A stretch of 64,000 nucleotides of DNA from an uncultured bacterium (GCA_965660855.1 CBFIBM010000011.1:1-64000); one strand, 5' to 3'; counted from the stretch's first letter, positions 1 to 10,439 are shown. The notes: generated by a model from the letters alone, not told the origin. Program-made: numbers and translations.

Positions 1-109
1 CCCTAAAATTTAGTTTAGTCAGTAGTGCTGCCACTGATATTGATTATAAAATGGTTCAATTTCCACTACAGATACACTGGTAAAGATTCATTTATAGAGG
101 ATTTTCAGT

Positions 110-157
110 CTGCTTTGGGAGCAGGAGATCTGGAGTTCAAATCTCTCTACCTCGACA
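110..157 (+). pseudogene. tRNA-Pro(TGG) 3' fragment / degenerate tRNA
   Basis: ctgc-tttggga-gcag anticodon arm (TGG), then ggagTTCAAATctct T-arm and acceptor 3' strand tacctcgac; no matching 5' acceptor strand or D-arm upstream. Confidence 0.75.
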
Positions 158-184
158 CTCGAGAAATACCAAACTTCTCTCAAT

Positions 185-216
185 AAAGCTCTGTCTTCGG
201 ATAGGGCTTTTTGTTT
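185..216 (+). terminator. intrinsic terminator with cUUCGg tetraloop
   Basis: aaagctctgtc-ttcg-gatagggcttt followed by ttgttt. Confidence 0.8.
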
Positions 217-252
217 CATATTTGACCACTTATATTCATTCTTTATCAAATA

Positions 253-276
253 AAGGACACAAAATTGAAGGACACA
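253..276. repeat. 9-bp direct repeat AAGGACACA x2
   Basis: copies at 253-261 and 268-276. Confidence 0.7.
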
Positions 277-493
277 CCCAAATGGGCGTATGGGATTTTA
301 GGTTACAACGTTAGTCTGCGTTTCCCATAAAGTAATTCAAAAGAAAGTCAGGCTCTATCCATTAAATAATAATAAGTTTAGAATTATCTATTAGGAAGAG
401 TGTAAAACTATTAAACAGCATAATCTTTTTTTGGTTTAAATTTGCGCCCATTCTTCATCCAGAATACAACTTATTATACAAAAGAAAACAAGA

Positions 494-2749
494 ATGAATT
501 TAAAAATAAAAAAGATTTTTCAGTTGGAGCTATCTTTCTTAGTTGCATTACTTTTTTCATCTCTTCAGGGTGCAGGAGTAATTCGCGGTCAAATAATTAA
601 CGGAATTAGTCAACTTCCACTTAGCCAAGCAAATATTATAGTTGAAAATAGTGAAATAGGAACAAGTTCGGATGATAATGGAGAATTTATTTTGCAGTGT
701 CCTGAAGAAGGCTATTATTCGATTTCAATTTCCTACATTGGGTATAAGTCAAAAATTTTGTATGATATTTGGGTTAGGCCAAATGCATATGACTATCAAA
801 AAATCCTTCTATATCCATCTGCTATTTTGCTAGATAATATAGTTGTAACGGAAAGTTATTTTGAGAAAAGTAGTTTAAACAGTTACAGTGTTGTAGGGTT
901 TAAAAATGATCAAATTCGTCGAGCACCTGGAGCAGGAGGAGAGATTACAAGGATTCTCAACTCTTTACCAAGCGTTGCAAGTGTTGGGGAAAATCGACAG
1001 GACATAATGGTCAGAGGTGGAGGACCCAACGAAAACGGGTTTCTAATTGATAATGTATATATTCCGAGTATCTCTCATTTTAATCAACCTGATGGAAGAA
1101 GTAATGGTCCAGTAGGGTTAATTAATACAGAGCTCGTAGAAACCATGGATTTCTTTAGTAATGGTTTTTCTCCTCAATACGGTAACAAACTTTCTAGTTT
1201 TGGTGAAATATCATATCGTGAAGGAAACATGGAATCTATTGAGGGGAATATCGGCCTAGGATTAGGGGGAGCCGGTGGAGTACTGGAAGGCCCTATCACA
1301 AAGAGATCTTCATTCTTATCTTCCTTTAGAATGAGTTACTTGGATATAATTTCAGATGCAATTAATGCAGGTGGCCTTCCCAGCTATAGTGATTACCAGG
1401 GGAAAATAAATTACAGACCTAATCCATACAGTAACTTTACTATTTTAGGTATTTTAGGTTTTAGTCTTTATGATAGAAATGTTAAGGATGCTAGTAGTAA
1501 TGGGGAGGATAGTTATGGATCCGTTAAAAACGATCAAAGTACTTTAGGTCTAAATCACCGTTTTATTTGGAGTAAAAATGGGTTCTCGAATAGTTCTGTT
1601 TCTCTTACAGATCAATCCTCAAAAAATGAGTTTTTTAGTATTGATACTGATTCTATTCTAAATAAAGTAAATGATTCATATAAAACTTTTCACTTTAGAA
1701 ATGTTAATCAAATCAGAATTAGAGACAAAATAAATACAGTCACTGGATTTGAGTATCATAATCGTGATTTATCCTATAATTTTACGTTAAATGATTTATA
1801 CTTAAAAGACGATCTAATTTTTACAAACGTTGCAGCTTTTTCAAACATTAGCTTCCCATTTAAAAGTAGATCTAATATTTCATTAGGAATACGATTAGAA
1901 AAATCTGATTTTGATGAAAAAATAAATTTATCTCCAAGAGTAAATATTGATTTTGATCTCCCATTGCAATTTGGGAAAATAATTTTCAATGGTGGAAGAT
2001 ATTTTCAAAATCCTCCTGAAAAATATCTAGGACTTGTTGAAGATGATAAATTAGAAAGTGTCCAAGCTGAGCAATACTCTTTTTCTTATGAAAAATTATT
2101 GAACGAAAGTACCAAGTTATCAGTCTCTATTTATAATAAAAAGTATTCACATGCTCCAATTGTCCTTAGTGATGATAGCATTGCTAGTCCTGCTTTTCTT
2201 ATGGACAGAAGCATCACCTTTAATCAACTTAAATCTGAAGGGAATGCAGAAGCACGGGGAATTGAATTTTTAATTGAAAAGAAACGGGCGGAAAACTTTT
2301 ATGGCCATGTTGGAGGTAGCTTATTCAATTCAATTTATGTTGATTATCAAGGTATAAAAAGGAATAGAGATAGTAATTATAAATATATTTTGAATTTAGT
2401 AGGAGGTTATAGACCAAATAATAAATGGGAACTATCCTTGAGATGGTCACTTTTCGGAGGGAAACCGTATACTGAAATTGATCGAGAAAAATCTTTAATC
2501 TTTAATCAGGCAATCTATTTTACAGAAAAATATAACGAAGAGAGAACTCCTGTTTATCATAATTTATTTTTACGGTATGAATATAGAAAAGTATACAAAT
2601 TCTGGAATGTAATTTCATATATTGAATTATGGAATGCCTACAATAGAAAAAATATTGAGACTTATATTTGGAGCAATTCTAAAAGAGAATTGATCCAAGT
2701 TAGGTATTTTAGTTTTATTCCAGTGGGAGGATTTGAGATTGAATTTTAG
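494..2749 (+). CDS. TonB-dependent receptor with N-terminal carboxypeptidase-regulatory-like domain
   Basis: signal peptide, IRGQI...SYIGY domain, plug motifs (LPSV, VRGG..NEN, GFSPQYG), C-terminal Phe. Confidence 0.9.
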   Translation: MNLKIKKIFQLELSFLVALLFSSLQGAGVIRGQIINGISQLPLSQANIIVENSEIGTSSDDNGEFILQCPEEGYYSISISYIGYKSKILYDIWVRPNAYDYQKILLYPSAILLDNIVVTESYFEKSSLNSYSVVGFKNDQIRRAPGAGGEITRILNSLPSVASVGENRQDIMVRGGGPNENGFLIDNVYIPSISHFNQPDGRSNGPVGLINTELVETMDFFSNGFSPQYGNKLSSFGEISYREGNMESIEGNIGLGLGGAGGVLEGPITKRSSFLSSFRMSYLDIISDAINAGGLPSYSDYQGKINYRPNPYSNFTILGILGFSLYDRNVKDASSNGEDSYGSVKNDQSTLGLNHRFIWSKNGFSNSSVSLTDQSSKNEFFSIDTDSILNKVNDSYKTFHFRNVNQIRIRDKINTVTGFEYHNRDLSYNFTLNDLYLKDDLIFTNVAAFSNISFPFKSRSNISLGIRLEKSDFDEKINLSPRVNIDFDLPLQFGKIIFNGGRYFQNPPEKYLGLVEDDKLESVQAEQYSFSYEKLLNESTKLSVSIYNKKYSHAPIVLSDDSIASPAFLMDRSITFNQLKSEGNAEARGIEFLIEKKRAENFYGHVGGSLFNSIYVDYQGIKRNRDSNYKYILNLVGGYRPNNKWELSLRWSLFGGKPYTEIDREKSLIFNQAIYFTEKYNEERTPVYHNLFLRYEYRKVYKFWNVISYIELWNAYNRKNIETYIWSNSKRELIQVRYFSFIPVGGFEIEF

Positions 2750-2823
2750 TTCAGGAAAATTATTTATATATATCCTAACATTCGTGGGGGATTTTGTTTA
2801 TGAGATGATGGTTAGATTTTGTA

Positions 2824-3867
2824 ATGAAACTTAGTATATTAATTTGTATCGCCATCGGTTTATTTGGTTTAGTATTAAATTTTAAAACTCCCAATCCATA
2901 TTATAATCCTAATAAAAATCATCATACTTCAACTGGTTTTAAAAATCCTTACTTAAAACAAGGGAATCAGAGGAAAAGTTTCAGTGATCTTTTTAAAATG
3001 ATGGCTGCTGAACGCCCAAATCCTAAGCCTCAAATAGAAAAAAACTTGAGCATAGACTCTATGATTCAAAAGATTAATAGTAATAATAATTTTATAACAT
3101 GGGTTGGACATTCTACTATGTTATTACATATCAATGGTAAAACCATTTTAACTGATCCAATTTTTTCAGATAGGTGTTCCCCCGTTCAATTTTTAGGTCC
3201 AAAGAGGTATTCTTTTCCAACAATTGATATAAAATCGTTGCCAAAAATTGATTTGATTGTCATAAGTCATAATCATTATGATCATTTAGATAAAAATTCT
3301 GTAAAAAATCTTGGTAAGAATCCTTTAACAATATGGTATGTGCCACTCGGATTAAAAAAATGGTTTGATAGACTTAATATAAAAAATGTAATTGAATTGG
3401 ATTGGTTTGAAGAAAGAAAACAGGATAATGTGGAAATTATTTGTTTACCATCTCAACACTGGTCAAAACGGAGTGCATTTAAAAGTTTTGATACTTTATG
3501 GTCATCATGGTTTCTTAAAGTTGGAAATTTTAAATTTTGGTTTGCGGGAGATACAGGTTATAATAAAATCCAGTTTAAGAAAATTGGTGACGACTATGGT
3601 CCATTTGACTTAAGTGCGATTCCAATTGGTGCGTATGAGCCTAGATGGTTTATGAAAGATTTTCACGTAAACCCTGAAGAATCGATATCCATTCACAAAG
3701 ATATTAAATCAAAGAAAAGTATTGGTATGCATTTTGGTACATTTGTACTTACAACTGAACCAGTTTTTGAGCCAATTGAAAAAATAAAAAATATTATTAC
3801 AAATGATGAAAATTTTGAAGGTGAATTTATGATTCCTGAATCTGGAGTTATCTACTCACTTGACTAA
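2824..3867 (+). CDS. MBL-fold hydrolase, NAPE-PLD/RomA-like
   Basis: WVGHST, ISHNHYDHLD, FAGDTGY, PIGAYEPRWFM, GMHFGTF. Confidence 0.9.
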   Translation: MKLSILICIAIGLFGLVLNFKTPNPYYNPNKNHHTSTGFKNPYLKQGNQRKSFSDLFKMMAAERPNPKPQIEKNLSIDSMIQKINSNNNFITWVGHSTMLLHINGKTILTDPIFSDRCSPVQFLGPKRYSFPTIDIKSLPKIDLIVISHNHYDHLDKNSVKNLGKNPLTIWYVPLGLKKWFDRLNIKNVIELDWFEERKQDNVEIICLPSQHWSKRSAFKSFDTLWSSWFLKVGNFKFWFAGDTGYNKIQFKKIGDDYGPFDLSAIPIGAYEPRWFMKDFHVNPEESISIHKDIKSKKSIGMHFGTFVLTTEPVFEPIEKIKNIITNDENFEGEFMIPESGVIYSLD

Positions 3868-3950
3868 AAATCAGGGATAGATTTAAATATTATCAATTCG
3901 TTCTTGCATTGATGAGCGATATTAATAAAACAAAAGTGTCTATTTGCATC

Positions 3951-3980
3951 AAGCCCCAAATTCTTGGGGTTTTTGATTTT
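3951..3980 (+). terminator. intrinsic terminator
   Basis: aagccccaa-attc-ttggggttt then T-rich tail. Confidence 0.7.
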
Positions 3981-4043
3981 AGAAATCCTTATTTTATGCA
4001 AAGGAATCCAACTGAAGTACAAAGGTAAATTTTAAATTTAAAT

Positions 4044-4367
4044 ATGAAACTAAATAAAAGTAATCATTTAGGTGTTTTTGTTAATGATATTGAGGAAGCA
4101 GAAAATTATTACTCCTCGCTATTTGGTTTTGAACTCTTGTCTAGGGAAAATGAAAAAATTAGCTACAAAAATGGAGACCAATTCTTTTACATCATAAAAA
4201 GTAATAACGAAAGTGGAGCAATTATTGAATTTGAGGTTGAGGATATTGAAAAAGTAAAATTATTATTACAAAAAAATGGATGTAAAATATTAAAATGGAA
4301 TGGGAAAGGTGGAGATTGTTTTGTAAAAGATAAGTATGGAATGATTTTTAATCTTTGGGAGAAATAA
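4044..4367 (+). CDS. VOC/glyoxalase family protein
   Basis: HLGVFVNDIEEAENYY..LFG, IEFEVEDI, FVKDKYG pattern. Confidence 0.8.
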   Translation: MKLNKSNHLGVFVNDIEEAENYYSSLFGFELLSRENEKISYKNGDQFFYIIKSNNESGAIIEFEVEDIEKVKLLLQKNGCKILKWNGKGGDCFVKDKYGMIFNLWEK

Positions 4368-4400
4368 AATAAGTTAAACAAATAATAATGGATTTTTAAA

Positions 4401-4838
4401 ATGAACATTGCTAAAAATTATATTAAGATATTATTTGCCTTCTTTCTTTGTATGTCTGTTCATGGAAAACCCAAATTTACTGATAGACAGGTAGCTATGA
4501 TGATACCTAAATATTTTGCTAGAGATCATAATTCACCAAAGATTACTCGAACAAGAGTATATGGTGAAAATGGGGAAAAAATTCTTCATCTAAATATTGA
4601 GGTCAATAGAAATAGATATGAGAATCAAATGGAATATGCTTTATCAGCAATGGCAATCGTTAGTCAACATGCAATGAGGCCCTTTGATACATTTGTGTTA
4701 ATAATGGAGCAAAATTCGAGGCAATTAAATGATGAAAAGGTTGAGGCTAAAGCCAAATGCACTATTGATCATTTTGTCTTTAAAAGAGTAAAAAGTGACA
4801 GATGGATTAATAAATGTTTAAACGTTGAAGAAATATAA
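4401..4838 (+). CDS. hypothetical exported protein
   Basis: 145-aa ORF with signal-peptide-like N-terminus, no recognised motif. Confidence 0.7.
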   Translation: MNIAKNYIKILFAFFLCMSVHGKPKFTDRQVAMMIPKYFARDHNSPKITRTRVYGENGEKILHLNIEVNRNRYENQMEYALSAMAIVSQHAMRPFDTFVLIMEQNSRQLNDEKVEAKAKCTIDHFVFKRVKSDRWINKCLNVEEI

Positions 4839-5002
4839 TTTCAGTTCTATGAAGATTAGATTATTCGTATGATTTTGATTTAATATATTTAGAAATTTTT
4901 ACTAATGTTCTATACATTATTCAATAACCATTTTTATTTATGGGACATTATAAGTTCAGATATCCTTAAATATTCATTTTTAGCTTTACATAAAGAATTT
5001 AT

Positions 5003-6472
5003 ATGCGATCTTATATTTTAATATTTTTTTTAATAACTATCTCTGAAGCATCACAAGTTACGTTCATTGTTAATATGGCTCGAGAAACAGTAGTCGCAGG
5101 GGATGGAAATTATCCTGCGGTATATGTTTCTGGAGCTAATTTGAATGGTCCTAATGGAATTGAGATGATTAATAATAGTGATGGTACATGGGAGTTAACA
5201 ATTGAACTTTCACCTGGGGAATATACATACAAATTTAGAAATGGATTTTATGACTACTGGGATAGTCCCGGATGGGAAGGAGATAATGAACTTATTAATG
5301 GAGGTTGTGCTTTTGGTGAGTATTTTGACAGATTATTGATTGTAGAGGATAATGATATAACTGAAGGCATTTATTGTTTTGAAAGTTGCGATGAATATTG
5401 TAGCGAAGAATCTTCCACTGAATATTCGTTGATTTGGAATGATGAATTTGAAGGGAATGGATCTATTGATACCTCTAAGTGGCATCATCAAACACAATTA
5501 CCTAATGGTAATAGTTGGTTCAATGGTGAAATACAACATTATACTGATAGATTAGATAATTCATATGTAAGTAATGGAACATTAAAAATAGTTGCAAAAA
5601 AAGAAACATATACCAATCAAGGGCATACTAAGGATTATACTTCAGCAAGGCTTAATTCAAAATATGCCTTTACATATGGGAAAATTGAGGCAAGAGCAAA
5701 ATTGCCTGAAGGAGTTGGTACTTGGCCTGCTATTTGGATGCTAGGTCAAAACATAGATGAATTAGGAGCCTATTGGCAAACGCAGGGATATGGCTCAGCA
5801 CCATGGCCTCAATGTGGTGAAATTGATATTATGGAACATTGGGGTTCAAATCAAAATTATGTGCAAAGTGCATTGCATACGCCTTCAAGCTATGGGGGTA
5901 CTATTAACCATGGAGGACAATACATACCTAATGCAACATCTCAGTTTAATCTTTACACGCTGGAATGGAATGAAGAAAAGATGATTTTTAGTGTTAATGG
6001 AAATGAACACTATACTTACCAACCAAATAATCAAAATATGGAAACTTGGCCTTTTAATTCACCTCAATTTTTATTGATGAATATTGCTATTGAGCCTGGT
6101 ATTGAATCAAACTTTATTCAAACCGAATTGGAAATTGACTACATAAGAATTTATGAACAGATAACACTTGAGAATAAGTTAAATACTTTACCTTTACAAT
6201 TTAAAAATTACCAGAACTTTCCAAATCCATTCAATCCATCCACTATTTTAAAGTATGATTTACCTAAAGATTCATTTGTAGATATAACCGTTTATGATAT
6301 GCTTGGAAATGTGGTAAATAATCTTGTTAACAAGAGTCAAAATTCTGGCTCTCATTCAGTTCAATGGGATGCCACAAATAATCAAGGCAAATCAGTATCA
6401 GCAGGAGTCTACTTATATAAGATGCAAGCAGGTGAATTAAGCAAAACAAAAAAGATGATTTTATTGAAATAA
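5003..6472 (+). CDS. secreted GH16 (laminarinase-like) with N-terminal CBM20/48-like Ig domain and FlgD/T9SS-like C-terminal domain
   Basis: WNDEF, WPAIWML, catalytic EIDIME, IDYIRIY; tail QNFPNPFNP...GVYLYK...KKMILLK. Confidence 0.9.
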   Translation: MRSYILIFFLITISEASQVTFIVNMARETVVAGDGNYPAVYVSGANLNGPNGIEMINNSDGTWELTIELSPGEYTYKFRNGFYDYWDSPGWEGDNELINGGCAFGEYFDRLLIVEDNDITEGIYCFESCDEYCSEESSTEYSLIWNDEFEGNGSIDTSKWHHQTQLPNGNSWFNGEIQHYTDRLDNSYVSNGTLKIVAKKETYTNQGHTKDYTSARLNSKYAFTYGKIEARAKLPEGVGTWPAIWMLGQNIDELGAYWQTQGYGSAPWPQCGEIDIMEHWGSNQNYVQSALHTPSSYGGTINHGGQYIPNATSQFNLYTLEWNEEKMIFSVNGNEHYTYQPNNQNMETWPFNSPQFLLMNIAIEPGIESNFIQTELEIDYIRIYEQITLENKLNTLPLQFKNYQNFPNPFNPSTILKYDLPKDSFVDITVYDMLGNVVNNLVNKSQNSGSHSVQWDATNNQGKSVSAGVYLYKMQAGELSKTKKMILLK

Positions 6473-6770
6473 TTAGAGACCTATTTGTATTATTTTAACA
6501 ATAAGGCTTTAAAATCTGTTTTGGTATAGGAATCCATTGATTCTATGCGGTTTTGCACCGAAGCATTTAAAAGAATTTAAAGAATGAAAATTAAAAAATA
6601 TTATTGCATCCACTGGCTTAATAGCTTTTGTTGGATCTGTAATATTTTTGTCCTACGGGGATTGGGATATGAGTGACTATGACATTTGTTTTGACCTAAG
6701 ATGTGATTAAATACCTAGTATTCTTTTCTTTAAATATTTTCTCTAGGAGGGGGTTTCATTAAATTTTAAA

Positions 6771-7937
6771 ATGTCAAAATTCAATAAAATTTTATTTATT
6801 TTTCTTTTAATAATTTTTGGATGCGAAAATGAAAAAGAATACAACCAAGAACTAATAACTTTTATTAAAGATGTTTCTCCTAAAAATGACTGTGGTTATA
6901 AAGTAGCAGTAAAACCTACAATTGATGGAGGTTATATTATTGCTGGTTGCAAAAGCGATAGTGCCTGGCTTATGAAAACAGATCCTTACGGGAATAAAAG
7001 CTGGGAGAGGACATATGGATTATTTGATTATTGGGGTAATAGATCTGTTTTCCAAACAAGTGATGAGGGGTTCTTATTTGCAGGTTGGACAGGGTTACTA
7101 AAAGTAAATAATAATGGTGAACAGGAATGGATAACAAAAGGTGTTGAAGGTATTGAAAGTAAATACCCTTATTACGAGGATATAATTGAACACAGTAATG
7201 GGAATTATTATGCTATTGGAGGACCTGTCACACCTAATAACAACACAAACAACGGAGGGCAGGCAATACTCGTCAAAATAAATAAAATGGGAACAATATT
7301 AAAGACAAAGTATTATGGTGGGCAATGCGAAGATGATCTTTTTAGATCTATAATTGAATCAAATGATGGGAAACTAGTAATTGCTGGTGAAAAAGGGCAT
7401 GGAAATCAATCATTCCCTTGCTCTTTTGATTTTAGATATTATAAAGATATTTATATTTTAAAAACAGGTTTAAATGGTGGAATAATATGGGAGAAAACCT
7501 ATGGTGGAGATTACTTGGAAAAAGGAGCGGATATTGTTCAAAAAGAATCTGATGGTTATGTTGTCATAGGTGAAAGTTGTGAACATAATTACGACATCTA
7601 TTCGTGCGATTCTAAAGCTAAAGTTATAATTTTAGATATTGATGAAAATGGTAATAGTTTAAATCAAAATTTTATATCTGGCTTAGAGTTTTATGAAGCT
7701 GGATCTAATTTATCTGTTACTAATACAAAAAACGGTGGATTTGTTTTTGTATCGCAACCAAGAAATGGTGGATATACCTGGTTTTATAAATGGGGAGAAT
7801 TTGAGTCGATTATTGAAAAAAAATCAAATGATGCAGGATATGGAGGAGTGAATATTGAAAGGACTGTTGATGACGGATTTATCGTAAGTACATCCGGTAA
7901 TATTTTAATTAAAACAGATACTGAATTATCATACTGA
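6771..7937 (+). CDS. lipoprotein with beta-propeller-like repeats
   Basis: lipobox IFGC; repeated DGGYIIAG...LMKTD..G...WERTYG units. Confidence 0.75.
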   Translation: MSKFNKILFIFLLIIFGCENEKEYNQELITFIKDVSPKNDCGYKVAVKPTIDGGYIIAGCKSDSAWLMKTDPYGNKSWERTYGLFDYWGNRSVFQTSDEGFLFAGWTGLLKVNNNGEQEWITKGVEGIESKYPYYEDIIEHSNGNYYAIGGPVTPNNNTNNGGQAILVKINKMGTILKTKYYGGQCEDDLFRSIIESNDGKLVIAGEKGHGNQSFPCSFDFRYYKDIYILKTGLNGGIIWEKTYGGDYLEKGADIVQKESDGYVVIGESCEHNYDIYSCDSKAKVIILDIDENGNSLNQNFISGLEFYEAGSNLSVTNTKNGGFVFVSQPRNGGYTWFYKWGEFESIIEKKSNDAGYGGVNIERTVDDGFIVSTSGNILIKTDTELSY

Positions 7938-8216
7938 TTATTAGTATATTTACAAGTTTTTAGTAGTAAATAGCATTGTTATTTTTCACAAAATAATTTA
8001 AAAAAAATAACTCCCTCAATTATTAGTCCTTTTTTAGGAATGTTTTATAAAAATTACCTGATAAATCAAATGCAAAAAATTTAAAAGGTTGGTTTAGTCT
8101 TTTAATCTATTATTTTAATAATTAACCATTGTTAAGAAATTTGATAAAGGCTAAGCAACATTAAAAACAAAATCGTAACTTTATAAAATTATATTTAATA
8201 TTAAAAGGAATCTCCA

Positions 8217-10439
8217 TTGACAAAAAAATGCATATTTATTGCTTTATATTTTTCTAGTTTATTTTCACAAATAGACTACAATACTCAAATTCAGCCTATT
8301 TTTAATAATAATTGTATTAGCTGTCATAATAATGGAGGTGGATATGCGGGAGGGTTAGACTTATCCTCTTTTTCAGATGTCTTGGAAGGAGGGAACACTG
8401 GTAATAACATAATCCCAAATGATCACTCTAATAGTCTTTTATACAATCGAATCACTTTACCAGATCAGAATAACCTTTCAATGCCACAATTTGGTCCTTC
8501 ACTCCCTGAATCTGATATTAATTTAATTGCTCAATGGATAGATGAAGGTGCTTTGGAAACACCATTTGATGTAGATTGTTATGCAGAGGATGGTACAGAG
8601 GGTGTTGAAATCTGGGGCATTTGTTATTCCATAGAAAACACCACCTCATTTGGGTGGGCAATTTCCATACCAGATACAGCAATGTACATTCCTGAAAAGT
8701 TATTTAGTTTAATTAACTTGATTACATTAGATATAAACTATTCAAACATTAGCCAGCCGATATCACCTGAGATTGGAACTCTTATTAATTTAACAAGGCT
8801 AAACCTTAGTAATAATCAAATTTCAGGAGAAATTCCATCAGAAATCGGAAATTTACTTAATTTGACATCCCTTAATCTTGGTTCAAATCAGCTTTCTGGA
8901 AATATCCCAACTGAAATTTTCAATTTATCAAATTTAAGTGGAGGATCAGAGCCCGCTTTTATGGGGACTATTTTTTACGTAGGATTAGACCTTTCAAATA
9001 ATTTACTCAGCGGGATAATACCAGAGCAGTTAGGTCTTCTAGAAAATTTAAAGTCAGTAGATTTATCCGAGAACCAGCTAACAGGCCTTTTGCCTGAAGG
9101 GCTTTATAGTTTAGATAGTCTCCAATCATTAAACTTAAGTAATAACCTTTTGAGTGGCGAAATTTCAATTGACATAGGAAATCTTACTCAACTTGAGGGT
9201 GTGACTACTTATGCTCATAACAGTATGACACAGTATGATGCGCTTAACCTATCGAATAACTTTTTTACTGGACTTATACCGGAGAATATCTGTGATTTAC
9301 CTTTAGATTGGGATGACAACTATATGGAAGAATATCAAGGCTTTGATATATCAAATAATCAATTTTGTTCTCCTTTCCCTAGTTGCATACAACCATTTAT
9401 AGGTACTCAAGATACTACAAATTGTAGTTCTGAAACATTTTCAATTGAAGGCAGATGGATATTACCCATGTTTGAAGGTGACCCAGGAAACACGATGTAC
9501 GAGTTCGTTGATGGTTTAAGGTATACCTACTATTGTGGAGATGATAATGGGTGTGATTCAACCTATTGGAATTCATTGGATACCAGTGATGCCCTTCCTA
9601 CCATAAATCCCTACACAGTAGATGATAATACATTATCCATTGATTTACACTTTGGAAATACAGCGACTTATACTATAAGCTTTAGATGTGATGGCCAAGT
9701 GGTTGACTTTTTTTATGATGAGGATGATAATTGGGAAGGCATTCATTCTTCTATGTTTAGGGTAGGATTTGACATTAATGAATGTGAAGAACTTAATTCA
9801 TACACTATTGATGGAAGATGGCATTGGAGCTATGGAGGATTTACCCTAACACCAAGCACGATGTATGAGTTCCTTGATGGCTTACGATACACCTACTATT
9901 GCACGGAAAATCTTGGATGTGATTCGACTTATTGGAATTCATTGGACACCAGTGATGCCATTCCCAATCCAGATTCATATACTTTCATCAATGATACCTT
10001 GACATTTGATGGAAGCAGTGAGAGTTTTGTTGATTTTCAATGCAATGGAAAAATAGCCTCATTTGGTGATACTACATATTCATATTTATGGAGAGTTGGT
10101 TTGGACGCTAGCGACTGTGAGGAACTACAAATTGAGCAATTAAGTGAAATTATTCCTCCTGAAACATTCAAAGTGAATCAAAACTATCCAAACCCATTTA
10201 ATCCTATAACTATTCTAACCTATGAATTATCAGAAGATGCATATGTATCTATCACTATTTATGATCTACTTGGGAATGTGGTAAAGAACCTTGTTGATAC
10301 GAGTCAACCATTTGGATATAAAACAGTACAGTGGAATGCTACAAATAACCAAGGCAGCCCAGTATCTGGAGGGGTTTATTTATATAAAATTCAAGCAGGT
10401 GGTTTTAGTAAGACAAAAAAAATGATTTTATTAAAATAA
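8217..10439 (+). CDS. secreted multidomain protein: Planctomycete-type cytochrome c domain + LRRs + two tandem repeat domains + FlgD/T9SS-like tail
   Basis: IQPIF..NCISCH...GGLDLS...SMP...IAQWIDEGA; LxxLxLxxNxLSGxIPxEIG repeats; YPNPFNP tail. Confidence 0.85.
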   Translation: MTKKCIFIALYFSSLFSQIDYNTQIQPIFNNNCISCHNNGGGYAGGLDLSSFSDVLEGGNTGNNIIPNDHSNSLLYNRITLPDQNNLSMPQFGPSLPESDINLIAQWIDEGALETPFDVDCYAEDGTEGVEIWGICYSIENTTSFGWAISIPDTAMYIPEKLFSLINLITLDINYSNISQPISPEIGTLINLTRLNLSNNQISGEIPSEIGNLLNLTSLNLGSNQLSGNIPTEIFNLSNLSGGSEPAFMGTIFYVGLDLSNNLLSGIIPEQLGLLENLKSVDLSENQLTGLLPEGLYSLDSLQSLNLSNNLLSGEISIDIGNLTQLEGVTTYAHNSMTQYDALNLSNNFFTGLIPENICDLPLDWDDNYMEEYQGFDISNNQFCSPFPSCIQPFIGTQDTTNCSSETFSIEGRWILPMFEGDPGNTMYEFVDGLRYTYYCGDDNGCDSTYWNSLDTSDALPTINPYTVDDNTLSIDLHFGNTATYTISFRCDGQVVDFFYDEDDNWEGIHSSMFRVGFDINECEELNSYTIDGRWHWSYGGFTLTPSTMYEFLDGLRYTYYCTENLGCDSTYWNSLDTSDAIPNPDSYTFINDTLTFDGSSESFVDFQCNGKIASFGDTTYSYLWRVGLDASDCEELQIEQLSEIIPPETFKVNQNYPNPFNPITILTYELSEDAYVSITIYDLLGNVVKNLVDTSQPFGYKTVQWNATNNQGSPVSGGVYLYKIQAGGFSKTKKMILLK
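9438..10127 (+). repeat. internal tandem duplication of a ~110-aa Cys-containing domain
   Basis: TMYEFVDGLRYTYYC..GCDSTYWNSLDTSDA vs TMYEFLDGLRYTYYC..GCDSTYWNSLDTSDA; DNA 9491-9600 resembles 9857-9965. Confidence 0.85.

Noticed and set aside
80..157. Intact tRNA-Pro gene
   Set aside because: No D-arm or complementary 5' acceptor strand; only the 3' half is recognisable
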